Below, piece after piece: positions 42,301 through 50,620 of a DNA stretch of 64,000 nucleotides; within the stretch, counting starts at the first letter, position 1; the number at the start of each line of letters is the position of its first letter. The notes under the pieces are model-generated. The model did not search any database, was not told the DNA's origin, and saw only the letters and a list, made by a program, of their open reading frames with translations. Location: the IMG/VR virus record IMGVR_UViG_3300017917_000529, positions 4,790 through 68,789 of that record. One strand, 5' to 3'. The translations under genes and the position numbers were made by a program. Origin of the DNA: a virus.

Positions 42301-42905
42301 CCCATTGAGTAATTATTAAATTCTTCTGACCACTGACCAAATGACAAACCGTTAAGAAAAAATTCATATGCTTCGCTTCCATTTTCACTTGCAGAATATC
42401 CTATTTTAATAACTATTTGTAATGGTGTATTTTGATTAATATTTTGAAATGTTTCTGATAGTAAAAACCATTTTCCACTTACATTTATTGGAACACTTTT
42501 TAAAATTTCTACTGGTTGACCACTTAGTACATCTGTATATTTAAAACCTATTGCAACTGAATTTAAATGTACACTTTCTGAATAAAAATAACACGAAAGA
42601 GCAAAAGTATCTAATTCTTGATTAATATCAGATAGATTTATTATGTTGTCACTTGTTAATATTGCTACCTTGTTTTCTGTAGTAGATGGTATTCCAACTA
42701 CTTTATAAAGAGATTCTGAAATAAAGGGTTGGCTAGATAAACTTATTTCTTCTGATACTATCGCATCTGATATAGTCCATAAACTAATATCTTTATCTGT
42801 TTCATCTAACAAACCAACATAATCAGATTTATCATCTAGTGCCCAAAGGGATATTGGATGCTCTGAAAAAATTTTTTCTGCATAAAGATTTGATGGGTTA
42901 GACAT
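39306..42905 (-). CDS. large virion protein with LamG/concanavalin-like region
   Basis: YAEKIFSEHPISLWALDD N-terminus; YTVEMWLR...LFLNGEKV...IDCFAIYPY lectin-like strands. Confidence 0.55.
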   Translation of the reverse strand: MSNPSNLYAEKIFSEHPISLWALDDKSDYVGLLDETDKDISLWTISDAIVSEEISLSSQPFISESLYKVVGIPSTTENKVAILTSDNIINLSDINQELDTFALSCYFYSESVHLNSVAIGFKYTDVLSGQPVEILKSVPINVSGKWFLLSETFQNINQNTPLQIVIKIGYSASENGSEAYEFFLNGLSFGQWSEEFNNYSMGSEIVDIPSNISIENSQGILAKSYGSDTNYGYYLVKNNKIYAQNFGVPLVYGASNVTKLFPNINEDETSKPSIIFPGFGFLNESGRYNTYTVEMWLRFNVDTLDSKKIFGPISSNDGLYADDCFLTLVVDNNFKSVYVEEWSRPMLIQISYSNNKMFLFLNGEKVIDISIDNSSISLPSKLDVLEKDQDWLGFYCYENIYPFEIDCFAIYPYIVPEITAKKRWVYGQAVKSFESVDSSYSGKSAFIDYSFSNYGTNYEYPNIGKWKQGKYDNLDINQSYISNIEYSLPNIDIDDIDSWYEELKSLQNEENKFVTFIDQNSSFSFESFNILNDDIKSFHIIAKTSELVNSTLIMIKNKNNSDYFSIYLTDEGHIIYKIKVSNNETILHESEYSINEYLEIGIDIEKLVLNFGKDVATFFGGKNSLKIILLNNDTNNSCFYGKLYDFCLSTKNNHKLFDNHFDSNGILKDNSTMHTHISSHLGSYTLKPTIRYNKYYLDIGSSGYWEDYVPLKYFAKYVTDQSGKKKYSIDYLQYNINFPSPSIFKVVEDSSGWTYGQLDEKFSTPIQKTYEYLDNSLFTGYNNYDDLQYNRSDLTYEYDSENSLVKSYINFQFVETGINKKFESFTTIAPALKSGILNLENYPDWQNTIFLVQNDTIIYPPSSVNFEDLAISIYLEFKTKSTINRKIKIKSLELSSRSLNEDSPTPINTKSGTKLYPYIKNGIYNDYKGKNPVSIYKKSNPYLHLTRYSGIKLKGDFNVYQNRGISMPINENKDSVFSISNIQVAIKNDTFNFTYTPTQIFQINSINSSINFYIVSNGNFGQRAKIYAIDSQTGQLQNGISYYLNGNLVANPVIDNKNWYFLNISFSNPLQFNSFTGSINLNGPLIYNNISYYKLTGLQQRQSSITRIWDEVKEQYVLGSEDPFEFDWDFWNQGYLWFGVLIKTSSSEFGDISANIYKTYMGTNKIVVGNDGERQLLVKSNDNPIYVGSSWKQYISTPT

Positions 42906-42926
42906 AGGATCTCCTAGTCCATTTTA

Positions 42927-43457
42927 TCATATTTTCCTTGTAAACCAGCGTGGTAATGTAAATCTTGTTCCATCAATAATTGGCTTTACACCATGTATGA
43001 AATTTGGATTATCTGGAAAGCATAATAGATCTCCAGGTTTTGGCTTATATGAAATTTTGTATTTTGGAAAATATATGTCTCCGCCCTCATACTCATCATT
43101 TAAATAAACAAGTGTTGCTATGTCTAATGGTCTAGAAGCATCGTAGTGTTCATGCATTCCCCTGCCTTTTTCAAATTTGGCAATGTGTGTTTTTTCTTCT
43201 ATAAAGTTTTCAAAGTTTACAGAGTATTCAGAAATAACAAATTTATAGACTCTTTTTGCTACATCTTGAATTATTTTAAGTATCTCTTTATCATTTTCAA
43301 GTATTTCATTGTACGTATGTACCTTAAATTCTTGCTCAGTATTTCCAAAATCAGTAAAAGAATCTAAATGATTTTTAGCATAATTAGACACAGAAATAGC
43401 ATCATTATAATTCATAAAACCACCAATGTACTTTATCTGGTTTATATATTCTTCCAT
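42927..43457 (-). CDS. prolyl-4-hydroxylase-like 2OG-Fe(II) oxygenase
   Basis: HEHYD, LVYLNDEYEGGDIYFP, HGVKPIIDGTRFT. Confidence 0.88.
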   Translation of the reverse strand: MEEYINQIKYIGGFMNYNDAISVSNYAKNHLDSFTDFGNTEQEFKVHTYNEILENDKEILKIIQDVAKRVYKFVISEYSVNFENFIEEKTHIAKFEKGRGMHEHYDASRPLDIATLVYLNDEYEGGDIYFPKYKISYKPKPGDLLCFPDNPNFIHGVKPIIDGTRFTLPRWFTRKI

Positions 43458-43463
43458 AAGACC

Positions 43464-45491
43464 CTATCTTTTTATTTCACAAGAATCAGTTGTACAGTAC
43501 ATTTCTCCCTGTGCTTCTAGGTTTTTTATTCCATCGTATATTGCATCCCAATTTATTTTGGATATCTTACCTATATAACTATTATACTCTTCCTCTGTAA
43601 TTTCTGTATATGGTTGTTGAGGATATACGGTGTTGCCCATTGGTAAAAATGATACTGCTTTTAATTGTCCTTCATACATATGTAGTGCTGGAGCAACATG
43701 CTTGGATTCTTTTTCTTTGTCAAATGACAATGTTACAGATACTCCATTATCAGACCAATATTTTTGAGCAGTTGCTGCAAGAGCAATTTTTTCAAAAAGA
43801 GTTACATCTTTTTCGGCTCTAGAGTGTTCTGAGGCAATTGGAAAATACACAACTTTAGTATTTGCTGAAACAACATCATCTTCAATTTTATAACCAGCAG
43901 CCTTAAATAAATGTATCATTGGATCTGATTCTCCAAATCTAATTGCTCTCATAAAGAATTTACCACCTGGACCCCAATGAACTCCTGGAGTTGCACCAGA
44001 AAGAATGCTTACGCTACCTGATGGTTTTACTGTTGTAACTCTAATTGATTCACGGACACATAGCCACTCTGAGTATTGATGATCATATTTTTTAATATTT
44101 GAATATCCTTCATCCATCCATTCACGAACTGTTGGCAAACCATGTTTATCTGAGAATGATGCAATGCCAGTTAGAGAAGTTCCAATTCTTCTATTTCGTT
44201 GCATAATTCCATTTGTTTGTTGCCAATGTGTTGGAACAAGTGTTACCGTTTTACCATAAAGGTATGCAAATTTTAGTGTTCTTAAAAAATCTTCTTTATC
44301 TTCATGTCTATTTAGATGAACCTCAACCAAAGTACACAATTCGTATGACTCTAGCGGTTGTTCAGCACATGGATTAAAACCCATAACTCTATAGTCTTTT
44401 CCATCTGCAGGATCTTTTAATCTTCCATAATTTCTAGCAACATCTAACCATATAAAACCTGGTTCTCCATTGTTTACAATCAAATCAACATAATCTTCAT
44501 ATTTTGTTCCAACTGTTGCTGAAATAGAATTATTTGACATCCATGCCCAACCTGGATTTTCTGAATCAAAAGAGTTTCTTTCAGGAAAAACATCTGGATT
44601 TTTTAAATTAATAAAATCTTTATCTCCAGAAGAACCTAATGCTAATGTTGCTGATCTACGAACATTTCCTGCAACAACACATGTTCCAATTAAATTAACA
44701 ATATCTACTATTGCCCTAGAATCAAACTTTTCTTCAGTTCTACTACCAATAACTTTATTGATTTGTTCATGTAGTTTAATTAATGGTGCTGGACCCGATG
44801 CAACTCCACCAAAGCCTTTAATAGGTGCACCAAATGGTCTAATTAAATCATAATTAAATTTTTGTTTATGTTGTCCTGATCTAAGATATGAGTTTAATAA
44901 TAATCTAACAGATTCTACCCAACCCTCTCTTGTATCTGGAATTTCATAAATATTTTCTTCGTCTAATGGTTTATAAATAGAAAATTCTTTTTCTTGTCCA
45001 ACGGTATCAAAACCTACACCTATACCAAGCATCAAAGCATCCATTACCCATGCAAATAATGCTCCTGGATCATTTCTATCTAAGTCTTTTGTAGATACCA
45101 TTGCACAATTTTGAAGTGCTGCTGAGTTTCTTTTTTCCATAGTCATAGGAGTTCCAAAAGCCCACATTCCACGACCTGGAGGGGTCCACTTAAGGTTAAA
45201 CATACGATCATATGCTTCTTGGGCTGATTTTTGTGCTTTATAGTCATTCCAAGGCAATCTGTTTTCTTTTGCATGATTCTTTTGTACTGAATACATGCCT
45301 TCGATTACACGTTTACAAACCTCATACCATCTTTCTTTAGTTCCATTATCTTTTACTCTAGAATAAGTTCTAATAAAAGTTATTTCTCCTAATGAATTAT
45401 TACCAGCGTCAACAAAACCAAATGGTGATGGTTTGATACTATACTTTTGTATGAAGTCTTCTGGAAGTTTGAAACTAAAAAATTCTGACAT
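43464..45491 (-). CDS. nrdJ: class II (adenosylcobalamin-dependent) ribonucleotide reductase
   Basis: PPGRG, LQNC, GNVRRSA, FNPCAEQPL, TTVKPSGSVS, C-terminal CTTDSC; no beta-subunit gene nearby. Confidence 0.9.
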   Translation of the reverse strand: MSEFFSFKLPEDFIQKYSIKPSPFGFVDAGNNSLGEITFIRTYSRVKDNGTKERWYEVCKRVIEGMYSVQKNHAKENRLPWNDYKAQKSAQEAYDRMFNLKWTPPGRGMWAFGTPMTMEKRNSAALQNCAMVSTKDLDRNDPGALFAWVMDALMLGIGVGFDTVGQEKEFSIYKPLDEENIYEIPDTREGWVESVRLLLNSYLRSGQHKQKFNYDLIRPFGAPIKGFGGVASGPAPLIKLHEQINKVIGSRTEEKFDSRAIVDIVNLIGTCVVAGNVRRSATLALGSSGDKDFINLKNPDVFPERNSFDSENPGWAWMSNNSISATVGTKYEDYVDLIVNNGEPGFIWLDVARNYGRLKDPADGKDYRVMGFNPCAEQPLESYELCTLVEVHLNRHEDKEDFLRTLKFAYLYGKTVTLVPTHWQQTNGIMQRNRRIGTSLTGIASFSDKHGLPTVREWMDEGYSNIKKYDHQYSEWLCVRESIRVTTVKPSGSVSILSGATPGVHWGPGGKFFMRAIRFGESDPMIHLFKAAGYKIEDDVVSANTKVVYFPIASEHSRAEKDVTLFEKIALAATAQKYWSDNGVSVTLSFDKEKESKHVAPALHMYEGQLKAVSFLPMGNTVYPQQPYTEITEEEYNSYIGKISKINWDAIYDGIKNLEAQGEMYCTTDSCEIKR

Positions 45492-45575
45492 GTTTTATCT
45501 CCTATTGAATTGTAATTAGATAATTATAGCAGAGTTTTTGAAAAAGTAAAACACTGCTTGTTTTTTTATTGTGCG

Positions 45576-45704
45576 TTAGTGAAAAGACATTGCTGTATGT
45601 TTTTTTGGACTACAACGTTCACATAACACATATGTGTTTTTTGTATATGGACAAGTTGTACTTTTTATTTTATGTCCAAAAATTAAACAAAAAAGTTTTT
45701 TCAA
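45576..45704 (-). CDS. small Cys/His protein, DUF1660-like (42 aa, not in ORF track)
   Basis: TTG start; MKKLFCLIFGHKIKSTTCPYTKNTYVLCERCSPKKHTAMSFH; overlaps the upstream stop. Confidence 0.55.
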   Translation of the reverse strand: MKKLFCLIFGHKIKSTTCPYTKNTYVLCERCSPKKHTAMSFH

Positions 45705-46330
45705 GGTAGTGGAACCCAGTGTTGTAATTTATCTCCACTCATATGTGTAAGTGGGGAAATATCATAAGCAATAGTTATTCTTGGTTTATTAAATAACCAA
45801 GGCCCTATACCATGTGGATGACCAGTTTCAGATAAAATAGCCCTATTATTTTTATTAATATTTTCTACTGGCTTTGCATCGTGTCCACCAATTTTATAAT
45901 AAGTAATAGATGGTTCAGCATCTACGCAATAATAGCCATGAAAATTAGGAGCACCTGTTCCACCTAAATGATCATGATAGTGTGTTGATTCATTTATTGC
46001 TGGATCTTCCATACCATCTGTATTAAACCAACCTTGAACCATATACGATTGTTTTGTATAATCAATTCCATAATATTCACATGCCTCTTTTGTCATATCT
46101 CTAAGTGCAGAAAAAAGTTTATGAATTTGTGGATTATAGCATTGAAAAATATTAAACTTTGTTCCTAGATTATGAACACCTTGCACAGTACTAGCAAACT
46201 CTTTAGATATTTTTGGATATACTCCAGCAAATAAATCTTTTTCTAGTTTTAATAAATATGCTGATAACTGTGTTAAATCATTATCAAGATATTTTTCAAA
46301 AAACCTATGAGGAAGTTTTGAATTTATCAT
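45701..46330 (-). CDS. 2OG-Fe(II) oxygenase-like protein (second family)
   Basis: QGWFN, YHDH, FHGYYCV, HPHGI, RITIAYD; start at 46330 (ATGA overlap). Confidence 0.7.
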   Translation of the reverse strand: MINSKLPHRFFEKYLDNDLTQLSAYLLKLEKDLFAGVYPKISKEFASTVQGVHNLGTKFNIFQCYNPQIHKLFSALRDMTKEACEYYGIDYTKQSYMVQGWFNTDGMEDPAINESTHYHDHLGGTGAPNFHGYYCVDAEPSITYYKIGGHDAKPVENINKNNRAILSETGHPHGIGPWLFNKPRITIAYDISPLTHMSGDKLQHWVPLP

Positions 46331-46992
46331 ATTAATGGAATCCAGTGTTGTTCGTGTTGTCTTCCAACATATTTTAATTCTTCTAGTGTCATAACATCGT
46401 ATGCCACTGTAATTCTTGGACCATCCCAAGTCCAATCTCCTTGAGCATGTGGATGACCCATTTCAGAATATATAGCACGATTATCTATATTTTTATTTTC
46501 TACATCTTTACCAAAAACTCTATAATATGTTGTTGAAGGTTCTGCTTTTACACAGTAATATCCATGAAAATTATCTGGAGCACCAGTATGACCATGATCA
46601 TGCCAATCTAACTTTCCTTTTTTAGCATAATTTATATTAAACCATCCCTGTAACATATATTTCTTTTTTTCAAAATCAATTTCATAATACTCACATGCTT
46701 CTTTAGCCATATCTTTAATATTTTTATATAACTCATATATACCTTCTATATGAAATTGAAAAACATTGTATTCTCTCCATTTAACAGTAGAAATACTACC
46801 AGACTCTACCCAAAAATCCTTATTGTTAACTGGAGTGATTCCGTCTAGTTCTACTTTTTCAATACTTTGATATCTATCGATTAGTTCATTTGCTAATAAA
46901 TCTAAATCATTATTTAAATATCTTTCAAAAAATTTATGTGGCTTGGTTGATTCTTGAATACCACGTAATTCTGGTGGTGGACCTTGTCTCAT
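46327..46992 (-). CDS. 2OG-Fe(II) oxygenase-like protein (paralogue of neighbour)
   Basis: QGWFN, WHDH, FHGYYCV, HPHAQ, RITVAYD. Confidence 0.7.
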   Translation of the reverse strand: MRQGPPPELRGIQESTKPHKFFERYLNNDLDLLANELIDRYQSIEKVELDGITPVNNKDFWVESGSISTVKWREYNVFQFHIEGIYELYKNIKDMAKEACEYYEIDFEKKKYMLQGWFNINYAKKGKLDWHDHGHTGAPDNFHGYYCVKAEPSTTYYRVFGKDVENKNIDNRAIYSEMGHPHAQGDWTWDGPRITVAYDVMTLEELKYVGRQHEQHWIPLI

Positions 46993-47041
46993 TAGTTTTC
47001 CTATCTACTTACAACTATTGTAGCATATAGGATTTTTATTA

Positions 47042-48295
47042 TTAATCTGGTATTTCTGAAGGAGAGTAGTCGTTATAATGAACTAGCCCACCTGCTATAA
47101 CCAAACCAATTGGATATCTTCCAAAACTATAAACAGTTCTAGTTTCATTAATAACTTCAACATTATCTATTACAACTAATGAATCTCTTGTTATTATTTT
47201 ATCTCCAGGCTTAATATCTCTTGATGAAATAAATTGATATAAACCATTTTTAACAACAAACATGTCTTCTAACAAAGAAAATCTCATATCTGGGTTATTA
47301 TTAAATTGTACAGTTTCGTGAACAACTGTTGGTGTAATTTTTGTTACTTCTGCTTCTAACTCTCTATAGTTAGTTAAATTACCACTTTTTTTCCATAGAA
47401 CAATTTTAAATAAATCTCCGACAGGCATTTCTTCAAATGCTTTTACTATCAACTTATCTCCAAGTTGAATATCTTTTGCTTTTTTATTTCCAGTTGTTGT
47501 AAGAACTGGGGCATCTTCGTCTACACAATATGTAGTTGGTGAAAAACCAAATACTCTGAATGGAGAGAATCCAAATACTCTAAAAGGTGAAAAACCAAAA
47601 ACGTTGAATGGTGAGAAACCAAATACGTTAAATGGTGAGAAACCAAATACTGTAAAAGGTGAGAAACCAAACACACCAAACGGAACGAAAGAAAATGTTG
47701 TAGTAACTGATGCTGAGTAATCTGAAAATTCTGAATCACCATTAGCATTGGTTGCTTCAACTCTATATTGTTGTGATGTTCCTGCTTCTTGTGATACTGT
47801 TACGCTTGTTGAAGTTCCTGTGTTTCCTGATTTACCGTCGTTTGATTCCCAGTAATAGTTGGTAATTGCTTTTCCACCATTTGCTGGTGCACTCCACGAA
47901 ACTTGATCTTGATCAGCGTTTGGAGATGATGCACTTGGTGCTGATGGTTTTGCTGGAACTGTTGTTGCTGTAATAGAATTAGAAACTTCAGATGATCCAG
48001 ATGTTCCATATTGATTGGTTGCGGTAACTGTAAAAGTATAAGATGTATCAGATTGTAAACCTGTTACTGTGATTGGAGATGAAGATCCAGTTGCTGTATA
48101 ATTTCCTGGATTTGATGTAACTGTAAAAGAATCTGCAGCGTACGTAGGGTCTGCTGTAAATGTTACTGTTGCTGCACCATTATTAAATGGTCTGGCTGTT
48201 CCAACATCAGTTGCTGTGCCAATTGTTGGTGCTTTTGGCATAAGAAAGTCATTTGCACCTTGTGATTTCTTACCACTCTTTTTACCTACTGCCAT
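47042..48295 (-). CDS. two FN3 domains + (FGFSPFxV) repeats + C-terminal Hint domain
   Basis: FN3 motifs (TGLQSDTSYTFTVTATN; VSWSAPANGG..ITNY); 7 octapeptide units; Hint from C-VDEDAPVLT to VYSF...VHYN. Confidence 0.8.
   Translation of the reverse strand: MAVGKKSGKKSQGANDFLMPKAPTIGTATDVGTARPFNNGAATVTFTADPTYAADSFTVTSNPGNYTATGSSSPITVTGLQSDTSYTFTVTATNQYGTSGSSEVSNSITATTVPAKPSAPSASSPNADQDQVSWSAPANGGKAITNYYWESNDGKSGNTGTSTSVTVSQEAGTSQQYRVEATNANGDSEFSDYSASVTTTFSFVPFGVFGFSPFTVFGFSPFNVFGFSPFNVFGFSPFRVFGFSPFRVFGFSPTTYCVDEDAPVLTTTGNKKAKDIQLGDKLIVKAFEEMPVGDLFKIVLWKKSGNLTNYRELEAEVTKITPTVVHETVQFNNNPDMRFSLLEDMFVVKNGLYQFISSRDIKPGDKIITRDSLVVIDNVEVINETRTVYSFGRYPIGLVIAGGLVHYNDYSPSEIPD
47528..47695 (-). repeat. 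24-bp-period coding repeat (FGFSPFxV)
   Basis: FSFVPFGV FGFSPFTV FGFSPFNV FGFSPFNV FGFSPFRV FGFSPFRV FGFSPTTY; synonymous codons differ between units. Confidence 0.95.
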
Positions 48296-48329
48296 CTTAT
48301 CTCCTTGTTTCTTTTATTATACCAAGTCT

Positions 48330-50081
48330 TTATGCAGACAAATCTCCGTATACTACCCAGGTATTTTCTGCTCTCTTAAATAATGTTGCTGAAGACCATT
48401 GTGCTCTTAATTTTAATCCAGGTGTAGCATTTACTGTTACTCCTGATGCTCCTGCAATTGTTACTTGACCTGCACCTGTTTGTAGAATATCTAAAGATGT
48501 TCCTATTGGAAACGCTACTGCACTATTAAGTGGAATTGTTACTGTTGTTGCACTGGCATTAGACATTTCAATCAAAGAATCTCTTTCGGTTAATGCTGAC
48601 AGAGTGTAACTTGCTGTTTTTTGTATAATTGGAGTTCTTGAAGGAACACCCTCTTTTGTTTGAGATCCATCTGTAAATGTTACACCAGAAGCAGAAACTA
48701 CTGTATTTCCAGTTACTGTTATATCTGCTACGAACAAATCGTTTAATTCTAAGTCATCTAATAAGGCTTGTCCAAAGTCAACTGTTGTTGTTGGTTCTGT
48801 ACCATATCCTTCAAAAAATTTCCATCTATCTGCTGATACGTCTCTTACGATACCAGCGTGTAAGTTTGATCCATTATTATAAGCAACTACCAAACCTAAG
48901 TCAACTGTATTTGCTGGATTTTCATGAGCAAGTTGAACCATATTATCTTCAATTGTTATAGATGTTGCACTAGCAGCAAAAGAATTACCATTTACTGTTA
49001 TGTCGTTATCTACAACTAAATTTCCGTTAATTGTTAGGCTACCAGTTAATGTTTGAGTATTTGCATCAGTTAATACAATCTTTGTTGTATCTGCAATACC
49101 GTGAACATTTGAAGTATCAAGATTGTGATCTTCTATTTGTGAAGCAGCATTTGACACAGCGTTTGAAAAAACATTTGCTGATTTTTCGTCTACGTATGTT
49201 GTTGTTGATAATGCTAAAGTGTTTGATATACCATGAACATTTGCTGTATCATCTAAATGTGTTTGAATTTCTCCATCAACATATGTGATTGTTGCTAATG
49301 CTAAGGTATTTGCTATACCGTGAACACTATCTGTTTCAAGATTATGATTTGAAACAGCATCGTCTGCATATGCTTCTAAATCTGTTATTGCATTTGCTAT
49401 AGATTGTGAAAGAGAATCTTCTACTCCATCAGTATATGATTGTGCATTTCCTAAAGTAAAGGCAGCAACGTTATCTGTATATGCTTCTGATGTTGTTATA
49501 GCATTTGCTATTTCACCTTGTAGGCTAGATACAGCATTTGCAAGATTATTAGCAGTTAATTCTTCTGCTAGGTCTAATTGATCTGAAATATTATTTGAAA
49601 GTATATTTATGTTATTATCTGTATAATCATTGGCAGCATCTAAACTAGTATTAATAGAATTTGATATTGTTAAGAAAAATTCTCCATCGTTATTTAATGC
49701 GTTTGCTAATTCAGCAAGGGTATCTAGTATAAGTGGTGCATTATTTGTTATATCTGCTATAGCATTTGAAACTAAATTTGTTACATCTGAACTTCTAGCA
49801 ATATTATTTGAAATCTGTGCATCTGGAATTAAATTACTTCCGTCTAATGTGGCAACACCATTAGCAGAACCTTTTTCGGTTAATAAAATATAATCGTCTA
49901 AACTTCCGCCTAGATCTTCTAAATTCTTAAAGTATGATAGGTCGTCCCAGTTACTGGTACCGTCTCCAATTTTAAATTGTCCTGTGTCGGTTTCAAAACC
50001 AATTTCACCTGCACCTAATACTGGATTTGCGTTGGCCCATTGAGCCTCTGTTCCTCTGCGTTGGAGCATTCTTGTTGCCAT
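48330..50081 (-). CDS. tail fibre protein
   Basis: Mtd-N-like start (QRRGT..W..NPVL..GEIGFETDT..FKIGDG); LDTLAELA; VHGIANT repeats; C-terminal AFPIGT...WVVYGDL domain. Confidence 0.8.
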   Translation of the reverse strand: MATRMLQRRGTEAQWANANPVLGAGEIGFETDTGQFKIGDGTSNWDDLSYFKNLEDLGGSLDDYILLTEKGSANGVATLDGSNLIPDAQISNNIARSSDVTNLVSNAIADITNNAPLILDTLAELANALNNDGEFFLTISNSINTSLDAANDYTDNNINILSNNISDQLDLAEELTANNLANAVSSLQGEIANAITTSEAYTDNVAAFTLGNAQSYTDGVEDSLSQSIANAITDLEAYADDAVSNHNLETDSVHGIANTLALATITYVDGEIQTHLDDTANVHGISNTLALSTTTYVDEKSANVFSNAVSNAASQIEDHNLDTSNVHGIADTTKIVLTDANTQTLTGSLTINGNLVVDNDITVNGNSFAASATSITIEDNMVQLAHENPANTVDLGLVVAYNNGSNLHAGIVRDVSADRWKFFEGYGTEPTTTVDFGQALLDDLELNDLFVADITVTGNTVVSASGVTFTDGSQTKEGVPSRTPIIQKTASYTLSALTERDSLIEMSNASATTVTIPLNSAVAFPIGTSLDILQTGAGQVTIAGASGVTVNATPGLKLRAQWSSATLFKRAENTWVVYGDLSA

Positions 50082-50137
50082 TTTTTATTTTCTCCTATAG
50101 GAAATTACCTATTTCTTTTTATATTATAACTTATTTT

Positions 50138-50593
50138 TTAATTATATTCATCACTTGGTGTTCCACCATCAAACACTGTAGCCCATGTATTAGAAAATGG
50201 TGTTCCGCCACTTAGTGTTGATATTTGTGGATCATTATATTGTGCTGAATCCCAAAAAATAGTTGTAATTCTTCCGTCTCCATCAATTGCTTCATCATGA
50301 ATGTGATCTGGAATATTTTGAACATCATTGCTTGTTGCAATTGTATACCAATCACCTTCATAATAAATTTTTAATCTTTCAACGAAAGTGTCAAACCACA
50401 TATCACCATTGTCTGGTGAAGAAGGGGCAGTATTGCCAACAGGAGTTGATCCTGCAACAGCATCGACATAGTCTTTAGTAGCAGCGTGGTCACCTAATGT
50501 TGGTGTTGCAACTGTTACAGTGCCACCAAACGAACCTCCGTTTGTTACGTATAACCCATTTTTGACTTTGAAGTCTTTATTAAATGTAGTCAT
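50138..50593 (-). CDS. fibre-associated protein
   Basis: DFKVKNGL N-terminus shared with 50621..52210; HAATKDYVD; GDMWFD. Confidence 0.6.
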   Translation of the reverse strand: MTTFNKDFKVKNGLYVTNGGSFGGTVTVATPTLGDHAATKDYVDAVAGSTPVGNTAPSSPDNGDMWFDTFVERLKIYYEGDWYTIATSNDVQNIPDHIHDEAIDGDGRITTIFWDSAQYNDPQISTLSGGTPFSNTWATVFDGGTPSDEYN

Positions 50594-50620
50594 TTACTGC
50601 CCCCTATTTTTTTTATTAAG

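Noticed and set aside
47528-47695. 24-bp periodic repeats (also 55848-56015) as a CRISPR array or DGR template/variable pair
   Set aside because: There are no spacers, variation is mostly synonymous and in frame, and no cas operon or reverse transcriptase is in the window
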